Assembly (NCBI RefSeq): GCF_009914755.1
Contig: NC_060937.1
Source of the DNA: the human T2T-CHM13v2.0 reference genome, Homo sapiens
DNA length: 64,000 nucleotides
Strand: one strand, 5' to 3'
Below, piece by piece: positions 41,240 to 54,589 of the stretch (position 1 is its first letter; each line of letters opens with the position of its first letter). A model generated the notes under the pieces. That model did not search any database and had not been told where the DNA came from. It worked only from the letters and a program-made list of their open reading frames with translations. Both the position numbers and the translations under genes were made by a program.

Positions 41240-41722
41240 TGTATTAGATTGCTAGGGTTGCTTAGAGCCAAAATAAATGAGTGCCACAAACTGGGTGCCA
41301 CAGACTGCCACGAAGTGCCACTGGGTGGCTTAAACAACAGGAATTTATTGTCTCATGGTTTTAGAGGCCAGAAGTCCAAAATCAAGGGTTCAGCAGAGTT
41401 GGTTCCTTCTGAGGACTGTTAGGGCTCCCCTAACTTCTGGTGGTTTCCTGGTAATCATTGACATTGCCCAGTTGGTACAAGCATTGACCTGATCGCTGCC
41501 TTCATCTTCACATGATCTTCTCCCTGTGTGCATGTCTGAGTCCAAATTTCCCTTTGTTATAAAGCAACTAATCATGTCTGTCCTACTACAGTATGACCTT
41601 ATCCTAACTGAACTAATTACATCTGCAATGACCCTATTTCTAAGCAAGGTCACATTCTGAGGAATTGTGGATTAGGATTTCAACATGTGAATTTTGGGGG
41701 CAGAGGGGACACAACCCTTAAC
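41240..41722. mobile_element. MLT1B/C-like MaLR LTR
   Basis: ctgggtggcttaaacaacaggaatttattgtctca...aattacatctgcaatgaccctatttc...ggatttcaacatgtgaattttgggg. Confidence 0.82.
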
Positions 41723-42475
41723 AGTGACAGTGGGAGAGAACAGAGTCAGGCATCAGACAGGGGTTCCAATGTGGGCTCTTGATGCCCAGCTGCCTCCAGG
41801 CTGTGCAGAACCTGGAGAACTGGATGAGGATATGTGTGGCAAGTTGTTCATAAACGTTAAGCGACAAATGAATATTTTCTAATTTTATTTTTTGTTGAGA
41901 GTAATAGTTATAACTAAATGATAGATCAGGTAGAGGACACCTTATTCTACAATTTCCATGCTAGGAATGCCAGCAACAATTCAATGTAATAAATATTTAA
42001 TAAACACTGCTGTGTGCCAGATATTATTCTAGGATCTTGGGATATATCAGTGAACAAAACATGGAGCCTACACTCTGGTCTTTAAAGAATCATGTTGTAT
42101 AATCGATATCATCACTAACTCAGAAACAAAAACAGGTCTCCTATTTAGTTTACTTTTCAGGTATCCAAAGATGTTTTTATGTCTCAACATCTAGAATATT
42201 TTCATGTTTCAATGGGATCAGTTTTTCTAATTCTGACTATTGGAAAAGAAAATATTTTTAAACTCTGTGCTTATTTCATATTAGATTGGTTTATTTTATA
42301 GAATTTTCCTCTACTGTGCAGACTTCTAATGTCTCTTTCATTTCCAAGTAATGGATATGTTTAGAAATACATGTATTTTGCAATAATTTGAGTGGGCTCT
42401 ATAAGGATGTAAATAAACTGTAGTTGATCAATAGACACAAAGAGCTCAAGTTGCTTTTTTTATATCTGTCATTAC

Positions 42476-42476
<1 letters not shown>

Positions 42477-42523
<47 letters not shown>

Positions 42524-42536
42524 GTCTATCTATCTA
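42477..42536 (+). repeat. Tetranucleotide STR (TCTA)11 TCTG (TCTA)3
   Basis: Read directly. Confidence 0.95.
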
Positions 42537-44799
42537 ATCTATCTCTGTCTGCTTGTCTGTCTACCTATCTATAACTAAATCAAATTACTGAACATGTTGA
42601 GCAGTCACAACTTGGAATCACATTTACCTACTGCTACAATGTTTTATTTTAGAACCTGCTCATCTACAGATGACTTCCAATTACATGAACTGCCATGTAT
42701 GAATTACATTTGGAGTTTAAAACATTCTTTCCCCTCAGGCTGTTATTAGATACTTCGCTATGGGTGATACCTTTGATATAAGGAGCTATCTAAGTGGGGA
42801 AAATGTTGACTAGGAGTTAACTAGTTATTATTTTTTCTGAGTATTGTTAAGATCCATTCAATTTTGTCTTGATAGAGAATAACTGGTACTTTTCTTAGAT
42901 ATATTTATTACTTATTTAAAAAATAACTTCATATTTTTGTCCTCAACTCATCATTCCAATTGTTCATTATTCCAATATCATTATAAAAAGCAACTGGTTA
43001 TATAACAGTGTAAAACATGGAAAGATTATTCATGAATTAACATCTCATGCTATCAATGCCTGTTGAGGTTGTGGATCGGTTTGCACAGAGCTGATGGGAC
43101 TTGGCTCTATGCCCTCCCTCACAATTTATGCACTGCTGGATGTGATTTACATGGAAGATGAAATGAGTTACAATGTTCCTATTTCTGATTCTTGGCTCAG
43201 ATCCATAGCTCCGAAACTAAGGGAAAGAGGAGATTATTAGGCTAGGTTGATCAGTTTATATATCCATTCCATTTTTAGAGTCACAGATTATTAATATAAT
43301 GGCTAAACGAAAAGACTTCTCTTTGAGCATTGAAAATAATGTCATGCCAAGCCTTCAGGGGAAGGAGAGAATAATAACAATATAGCAATGCCTTTGATTT
43401 TTGAAGTGATTTTCTTTGGAAGAGCTCAAAGTACAGCTTCTGTTTCTCACCTTTAATGCCAGTACATTCCCAGGGCTGAGAAATAGCCTTTTTAGTAAAT
43501 TCTGGAAAGTAGAAGCAATTATTAAATGATGAAAGGGAGTAAAGGCTTCACAAAGATATCTTTGTTCCCAGAGGAGCCCAAAGAAAATGGAAATAGGTCA
43601 AAAACAGATAAAAATGGGGGACTATGATTGATAACACTAGCTAATAGCTCAATGTTAAACATTTCCCTTTATCTTTCACTAATACACTGGTATTCATCTC
43701 TCCCCCTTCTCTCCTCTCCTATCTTCTCCAAAAGAATTTTCTCGTAAGACTGACACCCTCACTTTTTCTGTTCTTAATTTTGCAAGCTTTTACTTTTTCA
43801 CCACCTAATCTTTCCCTGAAATTTCATTTTCTCTCATACATCTTTTTCTGTGCAGCACACTTGAAAAGACCATCAAACTTCCCTGTCATCCAGGAATGAG
43901 TCCTTTCCTGGAATTTCCTCCCTTGACCTCTCTGTAGCCCTTAACACCATGGGTTATCCCATCTCTCATTTGTCCCTTTCTTAATTTATACACTATGGAA
44001 AAAATCAAGTTCAGATTAAAAACTTGTGTTGTATTGTGTTTTGATTAAAATCTATTACAAGCCCAATGTAAACCACACCCAAAGGGACTTAAACTTTTTT
44101 TTTTTATCAACAGAAGAGCTCATAATATCATACCTTTGTTTAAATGTATATCTATGCCTATGACTATGTTAGTCTATCTTTATAATTAATATATCTATTC
44201 CTACGTCTACATCTATATCTATACTTACATGTAATTGTATGTTTATAATTAACACAAGGCTGGTGAGGTTAACTACAGCTGAAATGAGAAAATAGAGTTT
44301 TTTAAAATTATCATATTTTATAGCTAAAGAAAAAATGAAATTTCCTGAGAAGTGTCATTTTATGTATGATATACATTAGTTATGCAATAAGAGAGTTCAG
44401 ACCTGGGTGATCAAACAAAATTTTGGAGTTAAGACTCGAATATCTTTGAAAGCCTCTTGTCCTATTTTTGTAAATGTTCACGAGAGAATCTAATTCATAA
44501 CAGCAAGACATGGCATGTAAAGTTTTTAATTTAAATAAAACCTTTGGCCCTTCTAGCTTATTTCTAAGCTTGCTTCTTGGTCATTGTGATTTCAACCATT
44601 GGGATATTGATGTTTTCTGTCTTCTTTCTTCTCTTGCTAAGAATGGAAATAACCAATACAGTGTTTTGAATTATCAAGATATGCCAAGCAGATTATCCTT
44701 TGAAGTCTTCTTGTCAGAACATGTTTTCTTTTCATTTTAATCAAGACTGAATCAGAATTTTAGCTTTATAACTGTTGTTCCTCATCACATTCCTCTGTC

Positions 44800-45520
44800 T
44801 CTCCTCCTACCTCTGATCAAATTCCTGCTTCACTGGTTTCCCCATTTTCCATGTTCAAACCTCTTTCATCTTAAAAAATGTAGTTCCTAAAAATTTGATA
44901 GCCTAATCTTACAAACCTACTCAGCTGACACCCTTCCTCTCTTTCCATCTCAGCCAACATTCTCGGAAGAGTTGATGATGCTTTTCATCTCCATTTTCTG
45001 CTTCCTATCACCATTAGTTCATGGAAACAGCTCTCCCTAAGTCACTGATGACCTTGCTTATATCAGTCTGTATGATCTTGTGACCCTTCAAAGGGCACCA
45101 CTGACTCTTTATGCCCTTATGAAATCTCTCTTATTGTGTTTCGAGAACCAGCACACTCCCCCAACACACTCTGCTGGATTTTCTTTCTTTTTCGATTTCT
45201 CAGCCCTTCTTACTTAGTCTCCTCAGCTTCCTCATCATTTTCTATCAAGCCATTAAATATTGATGCTCCTAAAGGCTCCAAGTCCCTCTTCTCTTCTCCT
45301 CTTGTTCTGTGCTCTGCCTTTCAACAGCAGCATCCAGCTCCAGGGTTTCACCGGCCATTTGTGTGCTCGCCACTTCTTCATTTATATCCACTCCAGATCT
45401 CTTCTCTGAGTTGCCTTTGGGTAGCCCACTGCCCATTGTCTCAAAGACACCAGAAACTCAATGTGTTCAAAATGAAATCCATACTTCTTCATCCTAACCT
45501 GGTCCCCCATCTCATTCTCC
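44800..45520 (+). mobile_element. L2 fragment (RT region)
   Basis: atggaaacagctctccctaagtcactgatgacct resembles the TETALxKVTNDL motif; later ccagatctcttctctgag...tcaatgtgttcaaaatgaa. Confidence 0.65.
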
Positions 45521-45524
45521 TATA

Positions 45525-46045
45525 ATGGTAGTTTAATGGGAATAGCATTGACTCTCTAAATTACTTTGGGCAGTATGGCCATTTTCACAATATCGAGTCT
45601 TCCTATTCATGAACATGGAATGTTTTTCCAATTTTTTGTGTCCTCTCTGATTTCTTTGAGCAGTGGTTTGTAGTTCTCCTTGAAGAGGTCCTTCGCTTCC
45701 CTTGTTAGCTGTATTCCTAGGTATTTTATTCTCTTTATAGCAATTGTGAATGGGAGTTCATTCATGACTGGCTTTCTGCTTGCCTGTTGCTGGTGTATAG
45801 GAATGCTAGCGATTTTCACACATTGATTTTGTATCCTGAGACTTTGTTGAAGTTGCTTATCAGCCTAAGAAGCTTTTGGGCTGAGACGATGGGGTTTTCT
45901 AGATATAGGATCATGTCATCTGCAAACAAAAACAATTTGACTTCCTCTCTTTCTATTCAAATATGCTTTGTTTCTTTCTCTTACCTGATTACGCTGGCCA
46001 GAACTTCCAATACTCTCTTGACTAGAACTGGTGAGAAAGGGCATG
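45525..46045 (-). mobile_element. Internal L1P ORF2 fragment without 3' end
   Basis: ORF 45607..45819 ([34 protein letters not shown]); tcatgtcatctgcaaac is the reverse of the FADDM motif. Confidence 0.9.
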
Positions 46046-46050
46046 GCCAT

Positions 46051-46431
46051 GTGTATTACTCTGTTGCCACACTGCTATGAAGAAATACCTGACACTGGGT
46101 AATTCATAAAGGAAAGAGATTTAATTGACTCACAGTTCCACCTTGCTGGGGAGGCCTCAGGAAATTTATGACCATGGAGGAAGGCAAAGGAGAAGCAGGG
46201 ACCTTCTTCACAGGGTAGCAGGATGGAGTGAAGGCAAGCGGGGGAGGATGCCAGACACTTATAAAACCATCAAACCTCCTGAGAACTCACTCACTATCAC
46301 TAGAACAGCATGGGGGAAACTGCCCCCATGATCCAATCACCTCCACCTGGTCCCGCCCTTGACACATGGGGCTCATGGGGACTACAATTCGAGGTGGGAT
46401 TTGGGTGCGGACACAGAGGCAAACCATATCA
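46051..46431 (-). mobile_element. THE1/MST MaLR solo LTR
   Basis: tgtattactctgtt...aattgactcacagttcca...aaaccatatca. Confidence 0.88.
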
Positions 46432-49400
46432 CCAGGTTTTGATCTGATTTCCCTTCAATATTTCGCTTCTATGTTACTTCTGTCCTGTTCTCTCAGCTCT
46501 ACACTAAACCAGCTATAGTTTCCTTGATGTGTCCAAATGCCACTTGGATAAGGTCTTAATAAAGATATGGGATGGTGGGAGTGGTAGCAATATATTGCAG
46601 AAGCCCACACCAAACTACCTAAAATGAAATATTGGCCATCCCTATTATTGGGCGTTTCTTGTTGGCTGATGTTTCTCTGCAGGCCTTAACCTGCTGCTGT
46701 TTTGCTCAATAGCCCCTCACTCCTTTCTTCCACCTTCACTCTCCAGCCCCCCAGTTCCTGTTAACTACTTATGCCAGGGAGTTTAGTCCTTGTTTTTTTC
46801 CCTGCGCTAGCCTGTCCTTAGAGAATCTTATTATCATAACAAAACACAACATATTCACTTTTTGAGAGGCATTCTATGCTACTTTTTAAAATTAAATTTT
46901 TCTTGTGTAGTCATTCAGTCATTCAGTCACACCCACACTTAAAACATCAAAGCTGTCATGGACCTCTTTGTATTCCTTACTGTGTTTATTCAATCATCAT
47001 TGCAGCGAGTTCCAGGGATTAGGGTGCTGATGGAGAAAAAAGATATGACCATGAGGTAGCAGAGGCATACCACAAGCCTAATTTGGGTGGTGCTTTCACA
47101 AGTTTTGCTTCTGAGGGAGTCACTCACCACATGAGAACCTCCAAAGGCAACTGCAAAGAGACCACCACCAAGAAAGGGAGGAGGGGGAAGGAACTCCTGG
47201 GGGAGCAGGGATCAGAGAAAGGGCTTTCATGTCTAGTTGGTGTCACTCAGCATCATGATGGGAGTCCCAGAGCAGAGAACTCTGAAAAGTGGCAGGAGCT
47301 TTGGGTCCTTTTTGGCCCCAAACGTTGGAGAATATGAATGTACAAATAACCATACCATAAGATCAACTGTGGGGGCATGAGAAGAACATCAGTATTCTCT
47401 GGGAGATCTGATGTTGTAGGAAGAGCTTCTAGCAGGGAACTCAGAGATCAGGTCCCCAAAGGGATGTGGGATTTGGGGGAAGGAAAGAAGTAACACAATG
47501 CTAGGTTTTTAAGCCCAGGGTGATTTTAAGCATGGTAATGCCACTAATCAATGTGGGAAGAAATAGGAGCAGAATAGGGAGTACCTAATTGGTCTTAAGC
47601 AGCTGACACTGTGCTTTGTTTTGAGCAGGTAGAGTCTGGGACACCGGCAGGATATATTTGTAGCAGTGATTCCCAAGTAAAGATAAACAGCTACAGGGGA
47701 GGAAGGAGTGTGCTCAGGTAAAAGGCAGGTTCCAAAGATCTAGGTTTGGGAATGAACCCAAGGATTTAAAATGTAGTATCTTTAGAGTGAAGATACCTGT
47801 TGAGAAAAGATTAAATGAGAAGAAAATGAAAGTTGAACTTTGATGTATGTCTGTACATTAGGTGTGTTGGGGGGCTAAGGTTACATGGTAAAGGTAAGGT
47901 GTAATGAGAGGTAGGTAGGGTGAAGGCAGTGTGGGTCGATGGATTCTACCATCTCAAACCAACCCATCCTTCAAGAAGTCTGGCATGAATTTTACTTCCT
48001 CCCGAAAGCTTTCATACTCTAAGGTGTTACTTTTGTCATCTGGACTCAGAAGGCTTATTATCTTTGATTCTCATTTAGCAATTAATTGTGCATTACTTTG
48101 ACACATCACTTATTATTGCAGTGTACTCATCAACTAAATGGCATCATCTTATAACTCTTTGAATCATCAAGTTAATTTATCCATTGTAGTTTGTCAATAA
48201 GTACATATTGATTGATAGATTGATTTTAATATTTCTTAATATCTACTAGACAATGAATTTCCCTCAACCTGTTATCTTATTTGTCTTTTTGTAGTTGTGC
48301 TGTATTCTATGTGCTAAGTAACACCTCTCTCTCTTCCTCTCTGTGTTTCTCCCTGTCTCTGTCTCTTTCTTTTTCCAAAACAATTGTTGGGCTCTGCCAG
48401 GAGTACAAAAAGGAGTACAGAGAGAAAACTCAGCTTCTACCAGGGAGTCATTTTGAGCCAGGATTGTTAAACTTGAAGGCTGGCCCTCATCAAGGGAGGG
48501 TCCTTGGGAGTATGATAAACACAAAGGTCAAGGTAGACACAAAATATGTGGAGTGTGGAGAGGGAGGCAGTAGACGTTGTATCTGGAGTAGAGTAGGCTC
48601 AAAGGAGGCAATGCCAGAGGTAAGCCTTAAACAGCAAGCAAGAGTAAGCCAGATGCAAAGGGGAGGTGTGGATGGAGGCATTCCAGGCAGAAAGGAGAGG
48701 AGGAGCAAAGTTCCAGTGCCAGAGAGTACGGTGTGTATGGGCGTGTGTATGTGAGTGTATTTGTATGCATAGAACTATAGGCTTCCTGTCCATGGGACAT
48801 TCTCTGCATTTGTCCTTTATCAATTATGTTTAGTGGTAGCATGAAATCCAGTAATTCCAAATCTGATGTTATGTGGGAAAATGTCTTTTAATGTAAGACA
48901 CTGTGTGCAGATATCCACTCATAATTTGTGGTAAGCCTAAGAACCCTTTTAGAATATCATGTTTCTATTTTAAGAGTTAATGTTGTGCTGTTATGTAATT
49001 TGAGCTCTGACCATATGCTGTAGATTTGGAATATGTACAAAAGAAAGTGCAAGTGTCATCAATGTAGAAAATTACTAGAAGGTCAGAGCCATGTTCCCCT
49101 CTTCCCACTTCTTTTGTTTTATGATCTGCCCGAAAGCCTGATGCAAAGCGTGTCAGCAGTCACTTGGGGATGTCTTCATTTTTCAAGTTCTTAAACACTT
49201 TCTTGTTTTTGAGACTTTTAAAAGAGTGGTAGCATTTGCCGGACGTGAGCCAATGGAGGGAATAATAGGAGCCATCTGGAGAAATATTCAGGTGCATCAC
49301 AAGGAACTAGAGAAATAACAGTTCTGGAAAGTTGAATTTCTTTCTGATTTCAGAACCTACCATTAAATTTTTGTATTCTGTTTTTGGTAAATTCAAATGA

Positions 49401-50974
49401 TTCTAACTGTGTATTTAGGTGACTTGGAGATTCAGTGGTTAAATGGCATGTAAAGCTCATTTAAGAACCTCATGGAAGCCAAACTAAAGTACTTGCTTAA
49501 CAGACAGTATGAATATTTATGAATGTTATTCATTATTCTCATTTAGGAACAATAATGAAGCCACCACTAGAAATGAATGTGCTTTTTTTCTGGAATCATT
49601 TTTAAAGATAGAAAAGAAAATAATATTTGATAAAATTAAAGTAGTAGAAACGCATCTGGGAAAATTACCATATAAATATTTTCTACATAATTTCTCATCC
49701 TTATTTGTTTTGACCTCTTCTCCTTCAGTGGTTATTTCACTTCCTGTTAGCTGATTGGTAGACTTGGAGGAGGAAAAAAATATCCTGATTGAGAAGTGAG
49801 TTGCCATGGCAACCTTGCACTACAGTTATATTTTTCTGTCTGTAACTATAAATGGTAAAATGTAACCTTTCTAATTATGCTGCAACATTTTTAACTCTAT
49901 TGGTACCAAATCCTCTACAAAGTTTGATGTCATGCTAAATAAAAGCAATACATCTTATTTTTATCTCAACAAAAAAATATTTATATTAACTGGAATCTCT
50001 TTTGTAGAAATTAAGATTCTATGACACGCAATAAAATATCAAAATACAGTGATTTAAAAATCTTACCTGAATGCCTAGATTGCTCATTCTAAACATTCAA
50101 AATAATTAAAATATTAGCCTGAGTTTAAGTTTATTATTTTTAAAATGTGTTGTTTGAACAGAACAAGGAGAAACCTAATTCGCAATCTGTAAATGAAGGT
50201 CTTAACCTTTAGCAATGAATTATTTTTTCTTCAGTCCTATGGGAACAACCTAGACAGTCCCTGATTTCCTAACACTAGTTTGAAGTAACTCATACATTTG
50301 AACAACAAATGCAAAGCATCGCTGCTTTGCCCAACCCAGATTCCCACCTCTCCTCCCTCTCTTGGAGCTCTTGTTGCCTCCGCCCCTGCCAGGGGGGCTC
50401 CTGGAAATATGAGGAAGCAGGGAAGCTCTAGGTTCAAAAGTAGGATAAAGAAAGAAGCTAGGAGAATCAGGATACCTAGGGTCAAGCACTCTGTCAAAAA
50501 CGTCACCTTGCTCCAATCATAAAAACCAAATAATTTGATTTTTTAAAAAATTATTTCACCATTTCTCCTAGTATTGCTGGAAGTTCTATCGACTAGAGAT
50601 TGTAAATTTCACCTCAATTAGAAGCATGGCAGGTTAAAGGGACTGTCTCTGGTCATTCAAATCTTAGTGTCAGTTATATAAACCAGGTTTCTTTCCTGCT
50701 AAAACTGGGCAGAATTAGAGCATGCTGAGGGAATGGAGGCTTGCATTGTGTGGAGGGGAGTGGAAGATGGCTTTGGAGGAAGAAGACTGGGAGGCAGGGA
50801 GGCCTGAGTACAGTGAAGTATAGGTGATAGGGACATGCTGTGGTGTAGGGTTTGGGAGAGGACAATGGGAGTGGGGGATGGGGGTGAAAGGACCAACATT
50901 TTGCTTGGGACTGTCTTCATACTAGGCAGCCCATCTTTGTCCTCTCATCTCTCTGTCTCCTCTCTTAGCTATGT

Positions 50975-51730
50975 GCAGAATGTCATATAATGGAATCACA
51001 CATTATATACACCCTTTTCATATGTTTGCATGTGTTTGTTTGTCATCTGTGTATCTTCCTTGGTGAAGTATCTGTTAAATATTTTTTTGAAATGGAGTCT
51101 CACTCTGTTGCCCAGGCTGGAGTGCAGTGGTGTGATCTCGGCTCACTGCAACCTCTGCCTCCTGGGTTCAAGTGATTCTCATGCCTCAGCCTCCTGAGTA
51201 GCTGGGACTACAGGTGCGTGCCACCACGCCTGGCTGAATTTTTGTATTTTTAGTAGAGACGGGGTTTCACCATGTTGGTCAGGCTGGTCTCGAACTCCTG
51301 ACCTCAGATGATCCTCCTGCCTCGGCCTCCGAAAGTGCTGGGATTACAGGTCTGAACCATCCTGTAGGCCCAAGTATCTTAAATCATTTGCTCATTTTAT
51401 TCCTGCTGGTTTGTTTACTTATTGCTGAGTTTTGAGAGTTTCAAAAAATACATTGTGCTTGGAAGTCCTTTGTCAGATATGTGAATAGCAAATATTTTTT
51501 CCAGTGTGTGGCTTGTTTTTCAATTCTCTTAACGATGCACTTTTGAGAGCCAAAGTGTTTTTTTAATTTAATGAAATCCAATTTATCAAGCTTTGTTAAA
51601 TAAATTATGCTTTTGTTATTATGTTTAAGAACTCTTTGCTTAACTAATGATCACAAAAATTTCTTCTGTTTTCTTCTAAAAGTTTGTAGTTTTATGTTTG
51701 ACATATAGATGTGTGATCCATTTTGAGTAG
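50975..51730 (-). mobile_element. Old L1M fragment interrupted by an Alu
   Basis: tcctttgtcagatatgtgaatagcaaatatttt...atgaaatccaatttatca...gatccattttgagt. Confidence 0.75.
51083..51370 (-). mobile_element. AluS with very short tail
   Basis: Full dimer; TSD-like AAGTATCT(GT)TAAAT on both flanks. Confidence 0.9.
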
Positions 51731-54589
51731 ACTCGTTAGTAATGCTAACTTTTTTTTAGTTCACTTGATAATAGTTGAAATATTTTTATGTCTTTGAGAA
51801 AACATCTAAGGACAAAAAGCTGCTATGACTTAAGCAATACTTAAATTTGTGTATCTTTGTATCTACTGACCAATAAAAGTTGACTCATGTTCTTATAGAG
51901 CCAACTTAAATTTAAATTTTATTAACCACAACAGCATCTACATACCTTTAAAAAGCACAGTACATGAACGTCAAGGTACTTGTGGAGTGGAGGATTCCCT
52001 GCAATAGCGCCACCCTCCCTTATTCATGTAGTGGTTTACCTTCCACAGATCTGAGCCAATCTCCTCCTTTTATAGACAAATAAGCAGAGTTTTGGAGGGT
52101 AACAGAGCTTTTTCCAGAGTCAAAGAGAAAGTTGGTGGCAAAGCTAGCCTAGAATCTAGAATCTAGATCTCTAGAATTCTAGTCCAGTGCAAGCTCCATT
52201 ACTAGGTTATGGTTTACTGACTGGCCACTAGAAAGCGAGGCATCATCACAGTAACCATTCTTTTGAACATGTGCCTTGCATTCTCCAAGCTCTTCGAAGG
52301 CATGGACTACATCTTTTCTAGTCTTTGACTGCCCAGTTACGGCTCATATACTGTTGTGTGTCCTAACATTATGAATGGGGCAGTTGTGGAGTAAGTGCTT
52401 TTTGAGCAAGGAAATATTTCAGATCAACCAATTTTTAATAGATTCGCAGTGAAAATACCTGGAAGAGAATTGGTTGTCTACAGTATGATATAGAGAAAAA
52501 ACAAGGGATTTAACATCAGAAAGACCAGTTTGAAACCCTGGCTAAGCACAATAGAAAGTGAAAACAAAATTCACAGTTAAATATTAGAGACAATGATTCT
52601 GTGTTCAACCTAGATTTGTGCTGCAGTAATAGACATGTTCACACAGCCAGACTCAAACAGAAGTCACAGAGCCAAGCATGTTATGCAAAAAAGCCATGAG
52701 GAAAGACGTGATATTTGCAGCAGCATATGGAAATGAAGTAATATAGACAGCTTTCTTTACAGTGTTATTTCTTTTAGCTTTGGCCTTTGAGCTACAGTCT
52801 GCAAGTGTTCACATGTTTCTCGTGAAATCCACGTTTTTTATTCCTGAAAGCTCATCATGATAGCCACTAGTGTGGTGGCATATATCCTGCAGGACCCTTG
52901 AGGGGTCTGGGGATGGGTGAAGGGGAGAGCCAGGGTCAACTTACCCAAGCTTAAACATCGCATCTCAAAGCAGAATTCAATGAAGATCATTCCAATGAAT
53001 GTCTCTTGTTTCCTTCTCTTCAGAACGTTCTGGCCACAGCTTCCTGCCTCGCTCTTGCATTTTAATCCCCCTGCTTGGCATCACATCATGCTCCTGGCAC
53101 GACATGAATGACTCCTCTCATTGCCCGCCCCACCCCAGGGCTTGAGTTCTGTCATCTGTGGCTGTCATTGCAGTGATGCAAATGAAAGCTCCTTTGAGGT
53201 AAATGGAAGTCAACATGGCATCGCCTGGCTCCTGGCCCAGCAGGGGTGTAAATGCATCACCCTTGGAAATAAACATGCTTCTCTGCTTTTCTTGGCCTTC
53301 ATAACTGCACATCCATCTTTCCCTTTCCTGCGTATTCTCCAGACCATTTCAGATCTACTTCTACTCCCCTGATCCACGCAATCCATATTTACCCACCTCT
53401 TTGAGGCCCTAGACATTTTAAAATGGAAGAAATTGAGTATGTCATTAACATGACTGTAACATAAGTAAAGCTTGGCACCATCCCATTTCTATTTTTTGTA
53501 ATCCTCCTTTCCACCTTGTTACCTCTTTCCTGCCTGTCCTCAGACATCTAGTGTTCTGTACAGCCTCATTATTACCCAGGACTGATCACCTCCTTCCCCC
53601 TTTCCTCTGCCTCTGGAAGGAAAGCATGTAACCAATGAATCCACACAGATACACTAAAGACTGTATCACTTGATGCATACACCCAACACAAGGATATTTT
53701 CCGAGAAAAGAAGATGGTGGCAATACAAACAAAATACTGTAGAATCTGCCACTAAGCCAGGATGGGAAGACTATTTCCATGTAAATTGCTCTTCCAGAAA
53801 TATCACACAACAGAATGATTCAGCCAAGTACCTGGCACCTAGTAGGTGTTCTGTAATGGGATTGACAGTGGAATTCTCCTATGAGGAAGCTAAACTTGCA
53901 CAGATTTTGAAAGTTGCAAATCCGTCTTTGGTACCCATTTCCTCCCTGCCAAAGAAATTCAGCCAATCACTTCCTCCTTCATTCTTATGCCATACACAAT
54001 CCTAGTACTTGGGATATAGCTGTCCTTTTAGGAACTTTCAGTTCAGTGTGGGAACAGAATATCATGTGTAATCCAGAATAGTGTGATATGTGCTGTGAAT
54101 AGGGTTGTTATGGGGGAATGTAGGGATGTATATAGCATGGCTTTGGGTATCACTGGAGATAGATACTCCTAAACCAAAGTCTGAAGGGCAAGGAGAGAAT
54201 TTCCAGGTGAAGGGAAGAAGGAGGTGCTCCACAGCGGGGAGAGAATATGGTGGGGTGCATTAGGAAGGGTAAGAGTTTGTCACATCTGCAGCCCTGGGGT
54301 CATGTGGGGTGAAAACAACAACCACTACAGCAGAAGACACTATTTCCTGTGTGGAAGCCAAGCATGCGCGCGCTCTTCTGGCTTCAATGTCACCATCAAC
54401 ATGAGAGCCAAGAGACCCACCATGCTTGGTGCTCCACTATCCATCACCCACGGCCTCACCACCACTCTGCTGAAAGTTCTCAGGACTCATTCCATTATGT
54501 CCTTTCCATAGACCCTCATTGAAACCCCAGTCAGGTCATTTCTTATCACCTGGACCATCTCCACAGAGCTCTGTACCTCCCTGAACCTG

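Noticed and set aside
42150-42166. Other YAG|GT motifs as recursive sites (42160, 57858, 11598)
   Set aside because: Regenerated donors (GTATCC, GTACCT, GTGGTA) are poor.
42477-42536. Identification as the forensic marker D13S317
   Set aside because: Similar motif, but as I recall that marker lies megabases from SCEL, and I cannot match the flanks.
48281-48754. 157-aa ORF in intron 9
   Set aside because: Non-ATG start; runs over a CT tract and L2-like sequence; no recognisable domain.
49530-49600. Possible extra phase-2 SCEL exon (catttag|G AAC AAT AAT GAA GCC...)
   Set aside because: No suitable phase-2 donor follows, and exons 9 and 10 already join to give the expected protein.
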